Origin: Callorhinchus milii | Lineage: Eukaryota | NCBI RefSeq assembly: GCF_018977255.1 | Contig: NW_024704743.1 | Span: forward strand, 115,446,001-115,510,000 | DNA length: 64,000 nt | Reading direction: 5' to 3' | In this document: in pieces, positions 1 to 14,499 of the stretch | How the letters are laid out: every line of letters starts with the position of its first letter | Numbering within the stretch: position 1 is the stretch's first letter | Program-made: the position numbers and the translations under genes | The notes under the pieces: generated by a model | Databases searched by the model: none | What the model was told of the DNA's origin: nothing | What the model saw: the letters and a program-made list of their open reading frames with translations, nothing else

Positions 1-329
1 ATAAAAAATATAGACGCAATAGAACGTCCTGCACGATCTGCATATAGTGGAGCAAAATATACCTCTACCAAGTATGAATCCAGTGATTTAACATCCAGCA
101 TAGTCATGGCCTGATGGCTGCCTTATAAAGAATGAAAAGGAGGCAGAGTGAAATGCTAAATGTAGGGAATTGAAGGAGTAATGAGACCTCTGTTGGACCA
201 AACTGCCAGAAATAAACCAACAACTGCAAGAACTACCATTTAGGCAAAACTGGGATCAATGAGATGTCCCACCTTAGTCCGTGAGATCCATTCCACAGGA
301 ATGGGCTAGAAGTAGTGAAATGGTTTAGA

Positions 330-780
330 AGCAATTGTAATGTTCCCAAATCAAGGACTACAGGATGCGGGAGTGGTTGCTGACCCAGTCACATCCTCTC
401 CAATATTCATTTCATATCTGAGGTTTCCAGAAATGTAGACAAACTGGCTTGTGATAAGATGAAGAATCCTGACTTTTCCCTCGTCCAAAGATCCTTGCTT
501 GATACATTTTTCATTTCTTCACTTAAACATTCTTTATGACCACCCATGACTTGAAATGATTAATTAAGGTCCTTTGAAAGCAAACTTCAAAACTGCCCCC
601 CTTTAACCTGAAATAGTTAAATAGGATTCTGAGGTTGTCACTGGCTAAGCAACATAATTGGTGGCTTCTGGAATTGAAAGAATTGGCAGATTTGGAAATA
701 TTGAAAAGTTGCCCCATTTGAGATATGGTAATGTTCCATTAAAAATTCTTTCCATCCTATCAAGATAGTGACTGATGGTA
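330..780 (-). mobile_element. Possible ancient L1-clade ORF2 C-terminal remnant
   Basis: Minus-strand readings HYHISNGATFQYFQICQF and YWRGC resemble the FFRYLQIRHF and CWRGC motifs of L1 elements; heavily decayed. Confidence 0.3.
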
Positions 781-3081
781 TGGGTTAATAATAAATAGCA
801 ATACTTTATAGGGAACTGCAGAAAATAAGCTGATGCTTACAGAAATAATTGAACGAATTATTGAGAAATAAATTTAAAAAATTAGTTCAAAACATAAATT
901 ACTTTCTGAAAAGCAAAACAAAAATGACGAGAGATTTGTTGCTCTGAGGGAATATGTTCTACTTGTGTAATTTTACCACAATGCTGGAACATGTTTTGAT
1001 CTGCCTTTCAGTCGAATGGTATCAACAAGAAAGGATTTGTATATTCTAAATAAGGGGGACGGATTCCAGTTTAGTTACACATAAGCTGATTCGTATCATA
1101 CCTTGAGATATGGAGCTATGGGGATTTTTGAGTTGTGCAGCCGGAGGTATGTGAGATTTATAAGCAGATGCATTAGAGTACTGCTGAAGCTTCAGTTTGA
1201 AAAGTATGCAGTGAATGTTCTGAACAACTTCATTGCATATTAAAGCAATGTAACTTGGGGAATGGCTTTTATTGAGCAACATTGTGCTGTACTGCTTAAG
1301 AAAAGGGGCTATAGAAGGGTTCAATATCTAAACGTGTGGCTGCTTGTCTCCTCTGCAAAAAATGTTTCATAAATAAAACCAATCAAAATGCCTTATGGAG
1401 AAAACCTTTTTAACCAAAAAATGTAAGTAGGATCATTCATAGACTATTTTCCATTTTTTGTTTTCTCTCAATATACAGTAATTTCTACCTGGAATTAAAA
1501 TAATGGATTCTTGGTTTGTTTAAAAGGAAGTTACAGGGAGGTAAAGAAAATCTGAGGGATTCAGATACATTTCTATTCCACAAACGTTGATGTCATACAA
1601 ACCCTGAAACTGTTGTTGGCTTGAACTCCAGTCCGAATACATTAGGTTTGTTTTCAACATTGAATATTATTGAATTTGATGTTCTTGTTGGGGGATGTGG
1701 ACAGAACCATCACTTCCTATTTGCTGCCCCCATTTGTTCCAAACTTGTTTGGTATTACAAGTGACCTCATTGAAAACAATTAGAGTTTCATACTTAAAGC
1801 AAATAAATTAAACTCACTGTAGATAAATATCACATTTTCCTTTTTTGAAAATGTGTTGCACAGCAAGTTGTTGCATGATCTAACTTTTGTCAAAATATGC
1901 AAATGAATTAATCAAGAATTTATGACTGAAAATAAAACTTTGCTTTGATCTTCTGAGTATATGACACGTGCAGAAATCCATCACCATGTATTGATTATTC
2001 AAAACAGACTGAGCTTCCATGCAGTCTTTCTATACGTGGAAATTCTGGTGTCTGGAATGGAATACTACATGCTCTCCTTGGAGTGACTAACCCGCTTACC
2101 TAATATTGGAGAGTATTAGCACAGTTAGTAAGAGCCATAGTGTAAAGACCTCTAGACTGTACATTAGGATATACTGCTGGAGATCACCATAGAGGATTGA
2201 CACATTTGGTGGCCAAGCATACAACCTTGAAGCCAGTTCAGCTGCAAGGAAACCCTGCCTACCTTCTTTCTCTCCCCCCACACCCACCACCCTTCCATTC
2301 AGACAGGCAAAATTCCTTTGCCATAGATTTTAGGTTTGTATTCTGGATGTGCTTACTTTGCAGAAAAGGGTAATATAAATTGCATAAAAATAGTCTTCTG
2401 TTGACCAGAACAGGTTTCTCTTACATTTTAAATTTGTAAATTAACATTAATTGGGGCATTGAAGAAATACTTCTGAAGTACATAAAGTACACATGATTGA
2501 ATTATAATATGGAGATTTATATAGAGTATTGTCTGGGAAAATGTAATACAAAAAGTTAGCTTTATTAGGAATAAACAGTGATAAGCTTGTTGGGAAATGT
2601 TCTTCTCTTAAAAGCTTTGCAGTTGAGTTCATAAAATGACAAGCACTGTGGTTATTTAGTTTGATTTTTCCTTCAGTACTAACTTACAGTATTCTACTTG
2701 ATTGTGATGTGGCTAACTGTTTAAACTATTTCAATTGTGGTTAATTGTGATTAATTAGTTGGATAATCTTGACACTCAAGAAATTGGACTCGTCCCCCTA
2801 TTAGTTTAATACCTTTATGCTGAGCTAACATTCGGTTCAGTGTGACCATTTACCATCATTTTGTGAATCCTCAACATATAAAATAATTTAAAGATAACTA
2901 TGGTGGCTACGTAGAGTCCTGATTGAGGAGGTAAACAATTATGACTTGTGGAATCTCTGTTCCCTGATGCATTAGTTTCAGACATTAATGTAACATAAAT
3001 AAATAATCCTTGCATTTGATATAGGTCTTATGGTGTTAATTTGTCTCAAAGCTCTTCAAGTAAATGGTATTCACTGTATGT

Positions 3082-3262
3082 GGGGTCCTGTAGTTCAGCG
3101 GTTAGAGCACTCGCCTGGCAAGCGAGAGGACCTGGGTTCGATTCCCGGGCAGGACGAAACGTTGGGCAAGTTTCCTTACGCTTCTGTTTATCTAGCAGTA
3201 AGTTGGAAAACGGTTGTTATTCGATTGGAACTGTATCAAATGCAAATATTATTGTTATTATT
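3082..3262 (+). mobile_element. tRNA-headed SINE, long subfamily, internally deleted
   Basis: Head with A and B boxes joined directly to the tail. Confidence 0.85.
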
Positions 3263-5719
3263 TTGTATGCGAACATGGCAGCCAATTTCCACACAATAGG
3301 ATCTCTCCAACAAATATGAAATGAATGGCGAGGACATCAGGAGAAATTCCTGTTCTTCAAATTTCAGCATTCTGAAACCAACCCCCTTGAACTGCGCAAT
3401 ATAAACCCAAGTTGTTCTTGATGCAAAGTTCCATGGAAACTTTAATGTTCAGGTGAACAGGCAGATGGGAGTGCAATTTAACATCTTATCTGAAGAACAG
3501 CACCTCCAACAATGCAGCTCAAACCCAGCCTTACTAAGAGTTCAAAGTCCTGAATTGGGTCTTGAACCCACTGCCAACTGAGCCAGGCTAGAAGATGCAC
3601 AATAGGAAGAGTAGAAAAATAGATGTTCCTTTTTGTGCATGTTGTATTTTTAAAAACAAAGTATAGTTTGGTTGCCCTTAAGTAAAACACTTAACATTTG
3701 CAAACAAAGCAAATTGTATTTGAGTGTGTTTTCATTTTGGTCTCATTACCACCAATGATTCAAGGAAGCTGGAAGATTTAGCCTGCTCTTAGACGACATT
3801 CAATATTGCTCATGATCATTTGCTATGAGATTAAGATTCTGATCTCAGTATTGGCACTAACATCAGGTTTGCTAATTAATGATAGCATTAGATAATCATC
3901 AGTGCATTACAAGTAGGGGAGGAAACTGGAGGATGCTCACTCTTCACCTAACTGTGCTTTGCTTCTAGTTCTGTGTGGCTTTGTTCTTTTGATTGGATCT
4001 CTCGATTGGATATGTAACTCTGGGCAAGTTGGAAAAGATGTATTTCTTGCTGTGCCCATTATCCCTAGCTCTTTTTGGGAAGGTCAATGAAAAACCTTAC
4101 TGGGGCTCACCTGCTAAATTGCTGCATTGATTTGGCAGGACCAAGTTTGCTGACTTTTCAATATACTACAAGATTTCTGCACCTGTTTCCTTTTGTGGGA
4201 TTACCTAAAAATTCGCAGATGTCAGGAAACTGGCCTCCTACGTATTTCTGGATTGTTGCAGTGGAATTTTGACTGATTTCCCAGTTGTAGATGTTTTCCT
4301 TTGAAATGTGCTTGTTTCCTTCATATTTGTCATCTTATCTTTACGCCAGAGCCTTGTACTACATTACTAACCAAGTTCCTGGAGTCCTAATTTAGCTAAT
4401 TCAGTTGTGAATAAGATTTTCTGGCTTTATTCAATTCTTGTTACAAGGGACTTGGTGAGCTCATCTTGTGAAGGAGCCGTAGGCGGCTAAAAGTGAATCA
4501 TCACAAGTGAGGAATTGGGAGACTACTTGGCCAGCGTTACCAAAGTTTCGATTTGCAGGAAGGGCAATGAACAATCCTGAACTGGACATTACATAACAAT
4601 TCCATTATTGAAGTTGTTAGATTTCAGAGTTGCTTTTGAGTCTTTGTAAAGTGCTTTGAAATTCTCTCTACGTGAAAGCCACTATATAAGTGTAAATAAG
4701 TATAAATTCTTGTTTATACAGGTCTTTTGGATATGTTTTCCAGTCCTGGAATATCAGCCTGTGTTTTTGGCTTGAGTCTACATTATCATTGACATCACTT
4801 TTAAACTCAATTATCTCTGGCATTTTGGGTGCACACTTTGAAGTTTCTTTGAATTCACAATGTTGGGGTTGAATCCACAACCGTCTCAATCACTGTCGAG
4901 CGTGCTACCAACTGAGCCAGGCTGACATGCATAAATGAAGCCCACAAAATATACAGTCAATTCACTTTACAGTATATTTTGTGAAGCGCTTTGAGATGTT
5001 ACAACAATGTGATAATGCAAGGATTATTATTAAAGCAATTTCTGATTTGAAAGAAATAACTCATATTTGCTTAATGCATATTTATAGAAAGCTCATCAAA
5101 TAAAGGATTTTTAAAAATACATTGTTAGCAAACCTATTAATTGAATTCAGTGGTTTTAAAAACTCATATTCTTCAGGGACTTCTGGACTTCTGAGAATTG
5201 ATGATTGTAATTATGATCACTGCATGGATATTGAGTAGTATCTGCAGCAAGATTACTGTTAGAATTCGACATTCTGAAAGCCAGTGAATGTAATATTTAG
5301 GACGTGGACTTCCATTTAAAGTTAAGCGCACTAGAACGCTCCTCTCCATGCAAATTGTTGATTACAAATTTAGAGCAGTTATATTTGCAAATACTGTATA
5401 GTTTTAGTATGGTATTACTAGTATTCAATCAAGTGATACAGCAGTAGTTGGGTGTGCCGTTGTTTGCTTTTAAGGATTGGAAAAATGCCACTATGGCTGA
5501 GTCATTGTGTGAGTAAATCATTTCCTGCACTGGAATGAATATATGTAGGAAATCTTTATAAAAGTGGGTGACATGATTAGTTGTATTCTATCTTGTGCAT
5601 TTATACAATTTTGAATTCCATAGTTCTTGAATAACGTTACTTAAAAATCTTTAAAGTGCAGCAGCCAAGACATTCCTACCAAGGTATGGAGTGTTTGTAC
5701 TGGAATTTCTTGACGGTTC

Positions 5720-8700
5720 TTAGTTAATCCTTGACCTCCTGTATCTCTCTGCCGTGTTTGACACAGTCGACCACTCCATCCTCCTCCACCGACTCTCCTC
5801 CCTCATCCACCTTAGTGGGACTGCACTCACGTGGTTCTTAACCAACTTACTTAACCAACCACCTCCATTTCATCTCTGCAAATGGTTTCTCCTCCCCTCC
5901 TTGGCCCCCTTTTTCTAATCTATATACTCCCCTGGGCGATGTCATCCACATATAAAGGGTAAACTTCCACATGCAGATGACACGTAAATCTACTTTGCCT
6001 CCTCCAGTATTCACTCCAGGTCCGCTGATGTTCTATCAGCTTGTCTGGCAGACATCAGGGCTTGGATGAGTGCAAACTTCCTGTAGTTGAATGTGGACAG
6101 GACAGATGCCATTTGGTTCCTGTCAACATCTTCATTCCTGTGGTTATAAACTCCTCAACCTCCCTGGTTCTCCCTAAGACTCACCGAACCAGTGCGCAAT
6201 CTAGGCTTCCGGTTCGACCCCCAGCTGTCCTTCCTCCCCCCAATCCGGTTCCTGACCAGGATTGCCTTCCTCCACCTCATTACCCACCTCTGACCATACC
6301 TTATTCCGAATGCTTGAAACTCTTGTGCATGCGTTTTTGCCACCTCCCACCTGGATTATTCAGACACACTCATTGCTTGTCTCCCCAGCTCCACTAGAAT
6401 CATAGAAATATACAGCACTGAAGGAGCCGTTCGGCTCATCATGTCTGTGCCGCGCTCTCTCCATAGCCCTGCAAACTTGTCCTCCCCAAATAATTATCTA
6501 CTTCTCTTAAAAGTTGTGATCAAATCTTTCAGGCATTGCATTCCAGATCTGAACAACTCGCTGTGTGAAAATAATTCTCCCCACCTCCCCTGGTAAATCT
6601 CCTTTGTACCCTCTCCAATGCCTTGACATCCTTCCTAAAGTACGGTGCCCGAAACTGAACATAGTACTCTAGCTGAGGCTTAGCCAATGTTTCATAAAGG
6701 TTCATCATAACTTCCTAACTTGTATTCTATGCCCCTATTTATAATGCTTAGTATCTCATATGCTTTTTTAACAGCTTTATCTACCTGTCCTGCCACCTTC
6801 AAAGATTTACTTATATGAACCCTCAGGTCTCTCTGTTCTTCCACCCCCTTTAAGATTGTACCATCAGCTTACACTGCCTCCTCATTCTTCCTACCAAAAT
6901 GCAACACTTTGCATTTCTTCACATTAAACTCCATCTGCCACGTGTCTGCCCATTTTACCAGTCTGTGTATGTCCTCTTGCAGTCTGCTACTATCCTCCTC
7001 ATTGTTTACTACTTTTCCTATCTTAGTACCATCTGCAAACTTGGAAATTGTACTCCCTACTCCCAAGTCCAGGTCATTTATATAGATCAAAAACAGCAGT
7101 GGTTCCAATACTGACCCCTGGGGGACACCACTGTACACTTCCCTCCAGTCAGAAAAACAACCATTCACCACCACTCTTTGCTTTCTGTCTCCCAGCCAGT
7201 TCTGTATCCGTGCTGCCACTGTCCCTTTAGTATTGTGGGCTTCTATTTTGCTTACAAGTCTCTCATGTGGCACTTTATCAAATGCCTTTTGAAAACCATA
7301 TGAACTACATCAACTGCACTACCTTCATCCACCCTCTCCGTCAAAAAACTATCAGGTTTGTTAGACATGATTTGCCTTTAACAGAAAAGTGTGTGTTGGC
7401 TGTCCTTTATTAACCCATATTTTTCTAAGTGAAAATTTATTTTGTTCTCTAGAAGTTTCCCCACTACTGACGTTAGGCTGACTGGCCTGTAGCAGGTTTA
7501 TCCTTCTACCCCTTTTTGTACAGGGGAGTAACATTTCCAACCCTCCAGTCCTCTGGCACCACCTTGGTGTCCAAGGAGGATTGAAAGATTGTAGCCAGAG
7601 CCTCCATTATTTCCACCCTTACTTACCTGATCCAATTTCTCTACCATCTCAAATACTGGAGCATTGGCTGCATCCTCTTCTTTTGTGAAGACATGCAAAA
7701 TATTCATTTAGTACTTCAGCCATGCCCTCTGCCTCCACAAGAAGATTTCCTCCTTGATCTTTAGTTGTACCCCCCTACCTTTGACTAACCTTTCATTCTT
7801 TATATGCATATAAAATACCTTGTGGTTCCCTTTTATGTTATCCGCTAATCTTTTCTCATACAATCTCTTTGCCCCTCATATTTCCTTTTTCAGTTCTCCT
7901 TTTTTGATTATTCTATTTGAATAACTTCTGTATTTTGGACCTGACATTTATCATAAGCCTCCTTTTTCTGTTTTATTTTAATCCCAACTTTCTTATTCAT
8001 CCAGGGAGGTTTGGATGTCCTACCTTTCCCCTTTGTGGGAATGTATTTTTTCTCTCCCCGAACTATCTCCTCCTTGAAGGCTTCCCATTGCTCATTAGCT
8101 GTTTTACCTGCAAACCTTTCCAGTCCACCTTGGTTTGTTCCCTTTTTAACTCACTGAAATTAGCCCTCTTCTAGTTGAGTATCTTCATGTTTGATTGCTC
8201 CTTGTCCCTTTCCATAAGTACTCTAAATCTGATGATTTTGTGATCACTGTTGTCCAGATGCTCTCCTACTGAAACCTGCTCCACTTGCCTCACTTAATTC
8301 CCCAGAACTAGATTCCTTCTTTGTTGGGCTGGAAACATACTGATCCGGAAAGTTATCCTGCACACATTTCAGGAATCCTTCCCCCTCCTTGCCCTTTACA
8401 CTGTTATTTTGCCAGTCTATGTTAGGATAATTGAAGTCCTCCATTATCACTACCCTGTTGGTTTTGCATCTTTCTGAAATCTGCTTGCAGATTTGCTCGT
8501 CTATCTCCTTCCCACTATTTGGCAGTCTATAGTATACACCAAACAGAGTAACAGCACCTTTTCTGTGCCTTCACTCTAACCAAATAGATTCTGTTTTTGG
8601 ACTCTCTAGCACATTGTCCTTTTCCAGTGCCGTAACCCACGCCCCCTCCTTTTTTTTCTTCTCTATCCCTCCTGAATACATTGTAGCCAGGAATATTCAG

Positions 8701-9900
8701 CTCCCATTCGTGCCCTTGTTTGAGTCAGGTCTCCATTATTGCCACTACATCATAACCCCATGTGGCAACTCGAGCCTGCAACTCACCAATCTTATTTGTC
8801 ACACTCCGTGCATTTACGCACATGCATTCCAAGACTGACAGTCTGTTCTGCATTTCTCCCCCGTCTAATCCTTCCTTTTTCTGAACTACTCCTTATTACA
8901 TTGCTATTCGTCTCTCCCAGCTCTCTGTGTAACTTGTTTGTCCTCTCTAATGCTACATCCTGATTCCCTTCCCCCTTTGAAATTCACCACAGCATTAGTT
9001 AACCTCCCTGCGGGGACATTGGTCCCAGCTCTGTTCAGGTGTAACCCATCCATCTTGCACTGGTCCCAATGATACAGGAACCTGAAGAGCTCCTTTCTGC
9101 ACCATTTCTCCAGCCATGCATTCATGTGTTTGATCCTGCTGTTTTGATACTCACCTGCATGAGGCACTGGGAGTAATCTAGAGATCATCAACTTTGAAGA
9201 CCTACTCTTTAGCTTTTTCCTTAGCTTCTGATACTCTCCCTGTATGATCGCAGCCCTTTTTTTCCCTATGTTATGGATCCACGACTTCTGAATATTCCCT
9301 TTTCCCCCGTAGAACGTTTTGCACCCGTGATGTCTTCAACCCCTTCAACCTGGGCACCAGGGACGCAACATACCATGTGAGAGTCACATCACTAGTTGCA
9401 GAAACCTCTACTCCTTTTATCATTGTGTCCCCAATGACAACTGCTTCACTATTCAAAAAATCCAGCTCATTCAGAACTTTGCTGCCTGCATTCTCACCTG
9501 GACCAAACTCCATACTCGCATCTCACCAGTTCTGGCCAAGCTCCACTGGTTCCCCATCACCAAACTGATCAACTTCAAGATCCTCACACTCCTGATCAAA
9601 TTGCTTCATTCCCTAGCACCTCCCTACCTCTCCGACCTCCCCACTCCCCAAATCACCACATGGTGCCGACTGGTGCTAGCCTACTGCTTGTCCCTCGCAC
9701 CCCTCCGCTCCACCATTGGAAGTTGCACTTTCAGTCACTCTCCCTCAGTCCCTCCGCCTTACCCCCTTTTCAAGTCCCACCTTAAAACCTTCCTTTATGC
9801 ACCCCCCCCCCCAGCTCAGAGTCAGTCTCCTCCATTGCTAAGCGCTCTGAGGCGTTGCCCTATGCGGAGGGCGCTCTATAAGTTCAAGTTGTTGTTGTTG
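5720..9900 (+). mobile_element. Older L2 fragment split by a CR1 insertion (parts 5720-6395 and 9443-9900)
   Basis: Decayed FDTVDH and RT motifs. The L2 C-terminal sequence resumes after the CR1 (QLIQN, LHW.P, LKTFL) and ends in gttgttgttg. Confidence 0.85.
6396..9442 (-). mobile_element. Internally deleted CR1 LINE (ORF1 esterase remnant, endonuclease, RT, 3' end)
   Basis: VVIGDT and DGLHLNRAG (GDSL/SGNH-type ORF1), EDFNYPNIDW (endonuclease), [24 protein letters not shown] (RT), and a ttctatgattct 3' end. Imperfect TSD gctccact/gcttcact. Confidence 0.92.
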
Positions 9901-10384
9901 ATCTCAAAGCGCAATTGAGCTTGAGCGGCAGCTGCTTACCTCTCTGCAAACCAATCAAGGTAGATTCCAAGCCCTAGATATATGAATCCTGGTTCACGAA
10001 CTTGAATTCTAGGTAACGCCTTCCAGCAACTGTCACTCGAAGCCTCAGTTTCCTCATCAGCTATCTGACACATATCTGCCTTCAGCATTGTTGGAAGGAA
10101 CTTTACAGGACAGCTTGTGACGTGCAAGCCACCTTGATGTTCTGGAGGTCCAAGTTCAATGCCAGGTACCAGACCTACACAAAACCAGCCACTTCATTCA
10201 GGTCCTCATGTGAGGAACTTCGGAAAATACCTGATAATATAATATGATTACATAATTTTTACAAATATGTTACTATTCACGATCACTTTTGCATTTCTTG
10301 CTCTGCTTGGCTTCTCTATCATCCATTCTGGCCTAGCTTCTTGCCATGGATTTGGTATTTTTTTTATATTTTTAGAAATATTGT

Positions 10385-10815
10385 ACTGTATAATACAGAT
10401 GTGAACCTGCTTAGCTTCCTCGTGTTCATATTTCGTACCTAGGTAGGTTCTCTTCATGTTTTATTTTCATCCTGATGGAAGTAACTTCAAGGTGTCTCCA
10501 AAGCACTTCACACTGAATCTCCGACCTGTTTTGACCGCATTCCACCACCTGCCGCTGCCTGTGCTCAGCCGGCTTCGGTCTCTTACACCCCCCCCGTCCC
10601 CTCTGCTCCACCATCAGTGGCTATGCTTTTAGCCACTACATACCAAAACACTCTGCCTCAATGCCTTCGCCTGTCTTCAGATCACAACTGAATACCTTTC
10701 TCTGCAACCGTGTCTATGGTCACCCCTCCGCAGCTTGGCATCAAGCTCCGTCCCAGTTAAGCATTTTGAGAGTCTACCTTGTATGAAGTAGCTATATAAG
10801 TGCAAGTTGTTGTAA
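10385..10815 (+). mobile_element. Older L2 3' fragment
   Basis: ctccaccatcagtggc motif and tataagtgcaagttgttg tail. Confidence 0.7.
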
Positions 10816-11628
10816 TTATTAAGATTGTTGACTTTTTTGTAGACAAATACTGTTTTTTTGCAACGCAAGGTCTCACAAAACCCTCTGAGGTTAATGACTG
10901 ATTTAGTGTAAAACTGTTTGAACCTATGTTATCTTCCTGTGCAACTTTGTTGCTTGAAATCTTGGAGGATAATTGGGAAGATAGATAACGTGGAGGTATT
11001 GGAAATTTCATTGTAATATTTCTAAAAGAAAATATATATGCATCATTCAATTTCGAGAAGCAAAACTAACATAGTTTAACAAAATTGTTGTTTGATTGTA
11101 TTGATCGAACAATTGCTGATTTACTTTTTTTATTTGAACTGTGGGTCAAATGGGCTGTTGGATTTACGATGAGTAAACTGGTCATTTTTGAAACTGAATT
11201 AAGTTTTGATTTTTTGTCTCTCTGGATTAGCTTTCTTTTGGCAATACAATACTTTTGCTGGACATCTGTACTCAATTGCCATTGATTCTTGGAAATTGAC
11301 ATGGACACAGTTAGGTTCATGCCTGGAAACCACATTCTAGCAACGCCACATGATACAATAAAATGTAGCAAATGTTTACCGATGTGCTCCATTCACAATA
11401 GTGGCATGTATGATTTTGAGTTTGGTTTACAAATGTAACTTTTACATGTAGGAAATTGATGTAGCCCTGAAAGCTGAGACTTTTAAGTCTTGTATTTACA
11501 ATAACTAGAGTTTGGATCATTGACAGGGCAAACTATTGAGAATGCAGATTGTTGTATGGCGGTCTTTACATATTTCCTTTTTTATTGTAGTTTAGTGCAA
11601 TGAGACAGAATATTTATACTACCTTATA

Positions 11629-11803
11629 CTTTCTCTTCGACCGTGCCTTCAGCTCCCCTCTCGACTCTCTACCCCCTCCTCGCTCCCTCCCTTCCCTCAC
11701 CCTGTCCATTTCCCCCCTGCTCGGGTCCTGACCCAACTATCCAGCGCCTTGGGACGTCCTCCTGACGTGAAAGGCGCTCTATAAATGAAATGTTGTTGTT
11801 GTT
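11629..11803 (+). mobile_element. L2 3' stub
   Basis: Closely matches the reverse complement of 17951-18133; (gtt)n tail. Confidence 0.9.
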
Positions 11804-12174
11804 AGTTAAGTTTTTTGAATTTAATCTTTAGAAACCGAATTTCAGTTTATTTATTCATTCTAGGTGTTAGGTTATTTATAGAATTTGTCAAACATTGAGA
11901 TTTATTTCACATAAAAAAACAAAGACAGTCTGATTTTAATTTTGAAATTGTTTGAAGTGTTTGGTTATAGTTGCAATAATAAAAGCTACTCTGGACGCCT
12001 TGAAATAAAAATATTTTAATACTAATCCTTGCAATTGATATAGTGGTATTGAGACGTCTGAAAACACTTCAGAATATACTGTAAAGTATAGTGACTGAGA
12101 ATTTTGTGGGCGAAACGCGGCGGTCAATTGGGTGCAGCAGTGCCCCACAAACGGTCGTGGATTGAGTGCTTGAG

Positions 12175-12510
12175 GTATGGAGTCACTTATGGGAGCTAAC
12201 CAGAGGTAAGCATGCCTCGGTCTTGTTGACATTTAACTGTAAAAGGTTAGTTCTCATCCAGGACTCGATGTCTGACAGATATTCTGTCAGGACGGCAGTG
12301 GTCCTGGAGTCGAGGGTGGAGACAGAGCGATAGAGGTGGGTGTCATCCGCATATATGGGGATGTTGACCCCATGTTTGCAGAATATTTCACCAAGATGGA
12401 GCATGTAGGTATTGGAGAAGACCAAGGACAGAGCCCTGAGGAATGTCCCACACGAGACAGTGCGGGGGCTGGAGGAGAAGCTGTTGTAGAGACACAATGG
12501 CTGCTTTCTG
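12175..12510 (-). mobile_element. L2 RT fragment
   Basis: IYADDTHLY...WMRTNLLQLNVNKTE. Confidence 0.85.
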
Positions 12511-12569
12511 TGCTGTACATTTCTATGGTAATTTCTATGGTTCTGTGAGTAGCCAATGTTGCAATTTCT

Positions 12570-12641
12570 AATCTACAGCCATTAATTTGTGTTACACATT
12601 CCATTTTTTTAATGTTTAACATAAATTAATGGCTGCGGATT
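12570..12641. repeat. 72-nt hairpin
   Basis: aatctacagccattaatttgtgttacacatt - 10-nt loop - aatgtttaacataaattaatggctgcggatt. Confidence 0.85.
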
Positions 12642-14164
12642 CTTCCCTGCATACAGTTTTACATCAGGTACAAATGATTAATTGTATATTTTCAGTTGGT
12701 GTATTAGCAAACAACAAAAATGTTCATTATGCTTGGTGTGTTCCTCCTAGATTTTAATAACTGACTTGATTAACACCAGTTAAAAAGACCATGTCAAGAG
12801 AATTGCAAATATAATGAATAGTATCTATCGCTCAAGAACCTTGAGTGAAACCAAGTTTGTGAAAAGCCATTTAAGTCTCTTTGTTTTTCCCCTTCCCCTT
12901 CCGTATTTCATGTGTTTTAGTAAACGGAAATGAATCCCATAGAAACAAAGTTCCACACTTCCTTTATCTTGTAGAGCAGCAAAGACATGACGTAAATGCA
13001 TCCTGTGCTAAATTATTTTCTTCCTGCCGTTCATAGTAACAAGGATATCAATGGTCAAGGACCATTCTTCCTCATTTTGCACAAACAATAACTTTGAAAA
13101 TGCTTAACTCTTATCTTAACAGTTTCAACTACATTACCTTTTCTATAATAAAGATTTTTTTTTAAAAAATCCTACTTTTAGTTTGTCCCATTGTTTTGGA
13201 TCCCTTTATCAGAAAGTAATCATTTCCTATCTAAGTTGTCCATTCCTTTCATTATATTAATCCCTAAAATGTGATCACCTTTTAACCTCATCAACTCAAT
13301 GTATGTAATCCAAAAGCACCCAATTTCTGATAGAACAATAGAAATTTATAAAGCAGATGGCGTTGTGTCTTCACGTAGTCGCTTTTTTTTAATCTTTCCT
13401 TTTCAAATTATTAATTCCTTCATAAAAGCTACTACTACAACAACTTGCATTTATATAGCACTCTTCATATGGGTAGCATCTGGGAGCACTTCTGTGTTAA
13501 TTGTATGGCCAAAGGTGCAGTCAAAGGGATGGGTCTTTAGACGCGTTTTTAAAGCAGAGAGCGTGTAGGTATTGGAGAGGTGGAAATTTGGAAGAGAGTT
13601 TCAGAGGGCATTTGAAAGAGAGGACTTGTTGATCTCTTGAGTATAGGGAGCCAATGCAGCCAAGTGAAGAGTGGGGTGTGTAGAGCCTGGCGGGGTAGAG
13701 AATGTTGATTCTCATTTTGAATGATATGGTGATTGTGGAGGGTGAAGTTGTGTACTTATAATAAACAATGCAGATAATATATTTTTCTGAATAAATACAT
13801 AGCTTTACCAGAATTGCACTATGTATGTTGTGTTTGGGATCCTTTATATAATTCACACAAAATTAAATATTGGGTTTGCAGAAATCTGTCTTTTTTTCTA
13901 AAAAGAAAATTTCAATCTTTGCATTTGTTCTGGCGCCTTTAATAATAATCCTTGCATTTGATTTGGCGTTTTATCACATTGTTGAGACTTCTCAAAGTGA
14001 TTACCCCCGAAAAATGATTTGCCAATAGACTAACAACCAGGTTCCTTCTTACTGCTCTGTAAACGGAGGCGTGTGGTGTAAGGAAACTTGCCCTGCTTGG
14101 GAATCGAACCTGGTTCCTCTCACTTGAGGGAGTGAAAGTGCTTCATAGGATTTTATAGTAAAAT

Positions 14165-14499
14165 GTGGTGACTACTTTGTAGGTGAACACAGCAGCCAAT
14201 TTTGTGCACAATATCCCACAAACAGCCATGATGTGATTGTCCAACTTTATCTGAGATTGTTGGCCATGACACAGGAGAAACACTCTTCTCTTTTGGAATA
14301 GTGGCATGGGATCTTTAACGTTTCCAGAACAGACCTTGGGTTTAACACCTTATCCAAAGAATGGTACCTCCAACAATGCAGTGCTTCCCTGTACAGTATT
14401 ATCCTCCTAGACTGTGAGATCAAAGTCCTGATGTGGGGTTTGAACCCACAACCTTTTGACTCTGAGGTTAGAGTGCTCGCAATTGAGCCAGGCTGACAC
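14165..14499 (-). mobile_element. Older Deu-domain-type SINE (SacSINE1/AmnSINE1-like)
   Basis: Head gtgtcagcctggctcaatt...gagtcaaaaggttgtgggttcaa and a central block ttaaa...aaagatcccatgccactatt resembling the Deu domain as I recall it. Confidence 0.75.

Noticed and set aside
9927..9941. ggcagctgcttacct resembles the FAK start (M)AAAYL
   Set aside because: No ATG, no acceptor, the following sequence does not read DPNL, and it lies upstream of the leader exons; a chance match.
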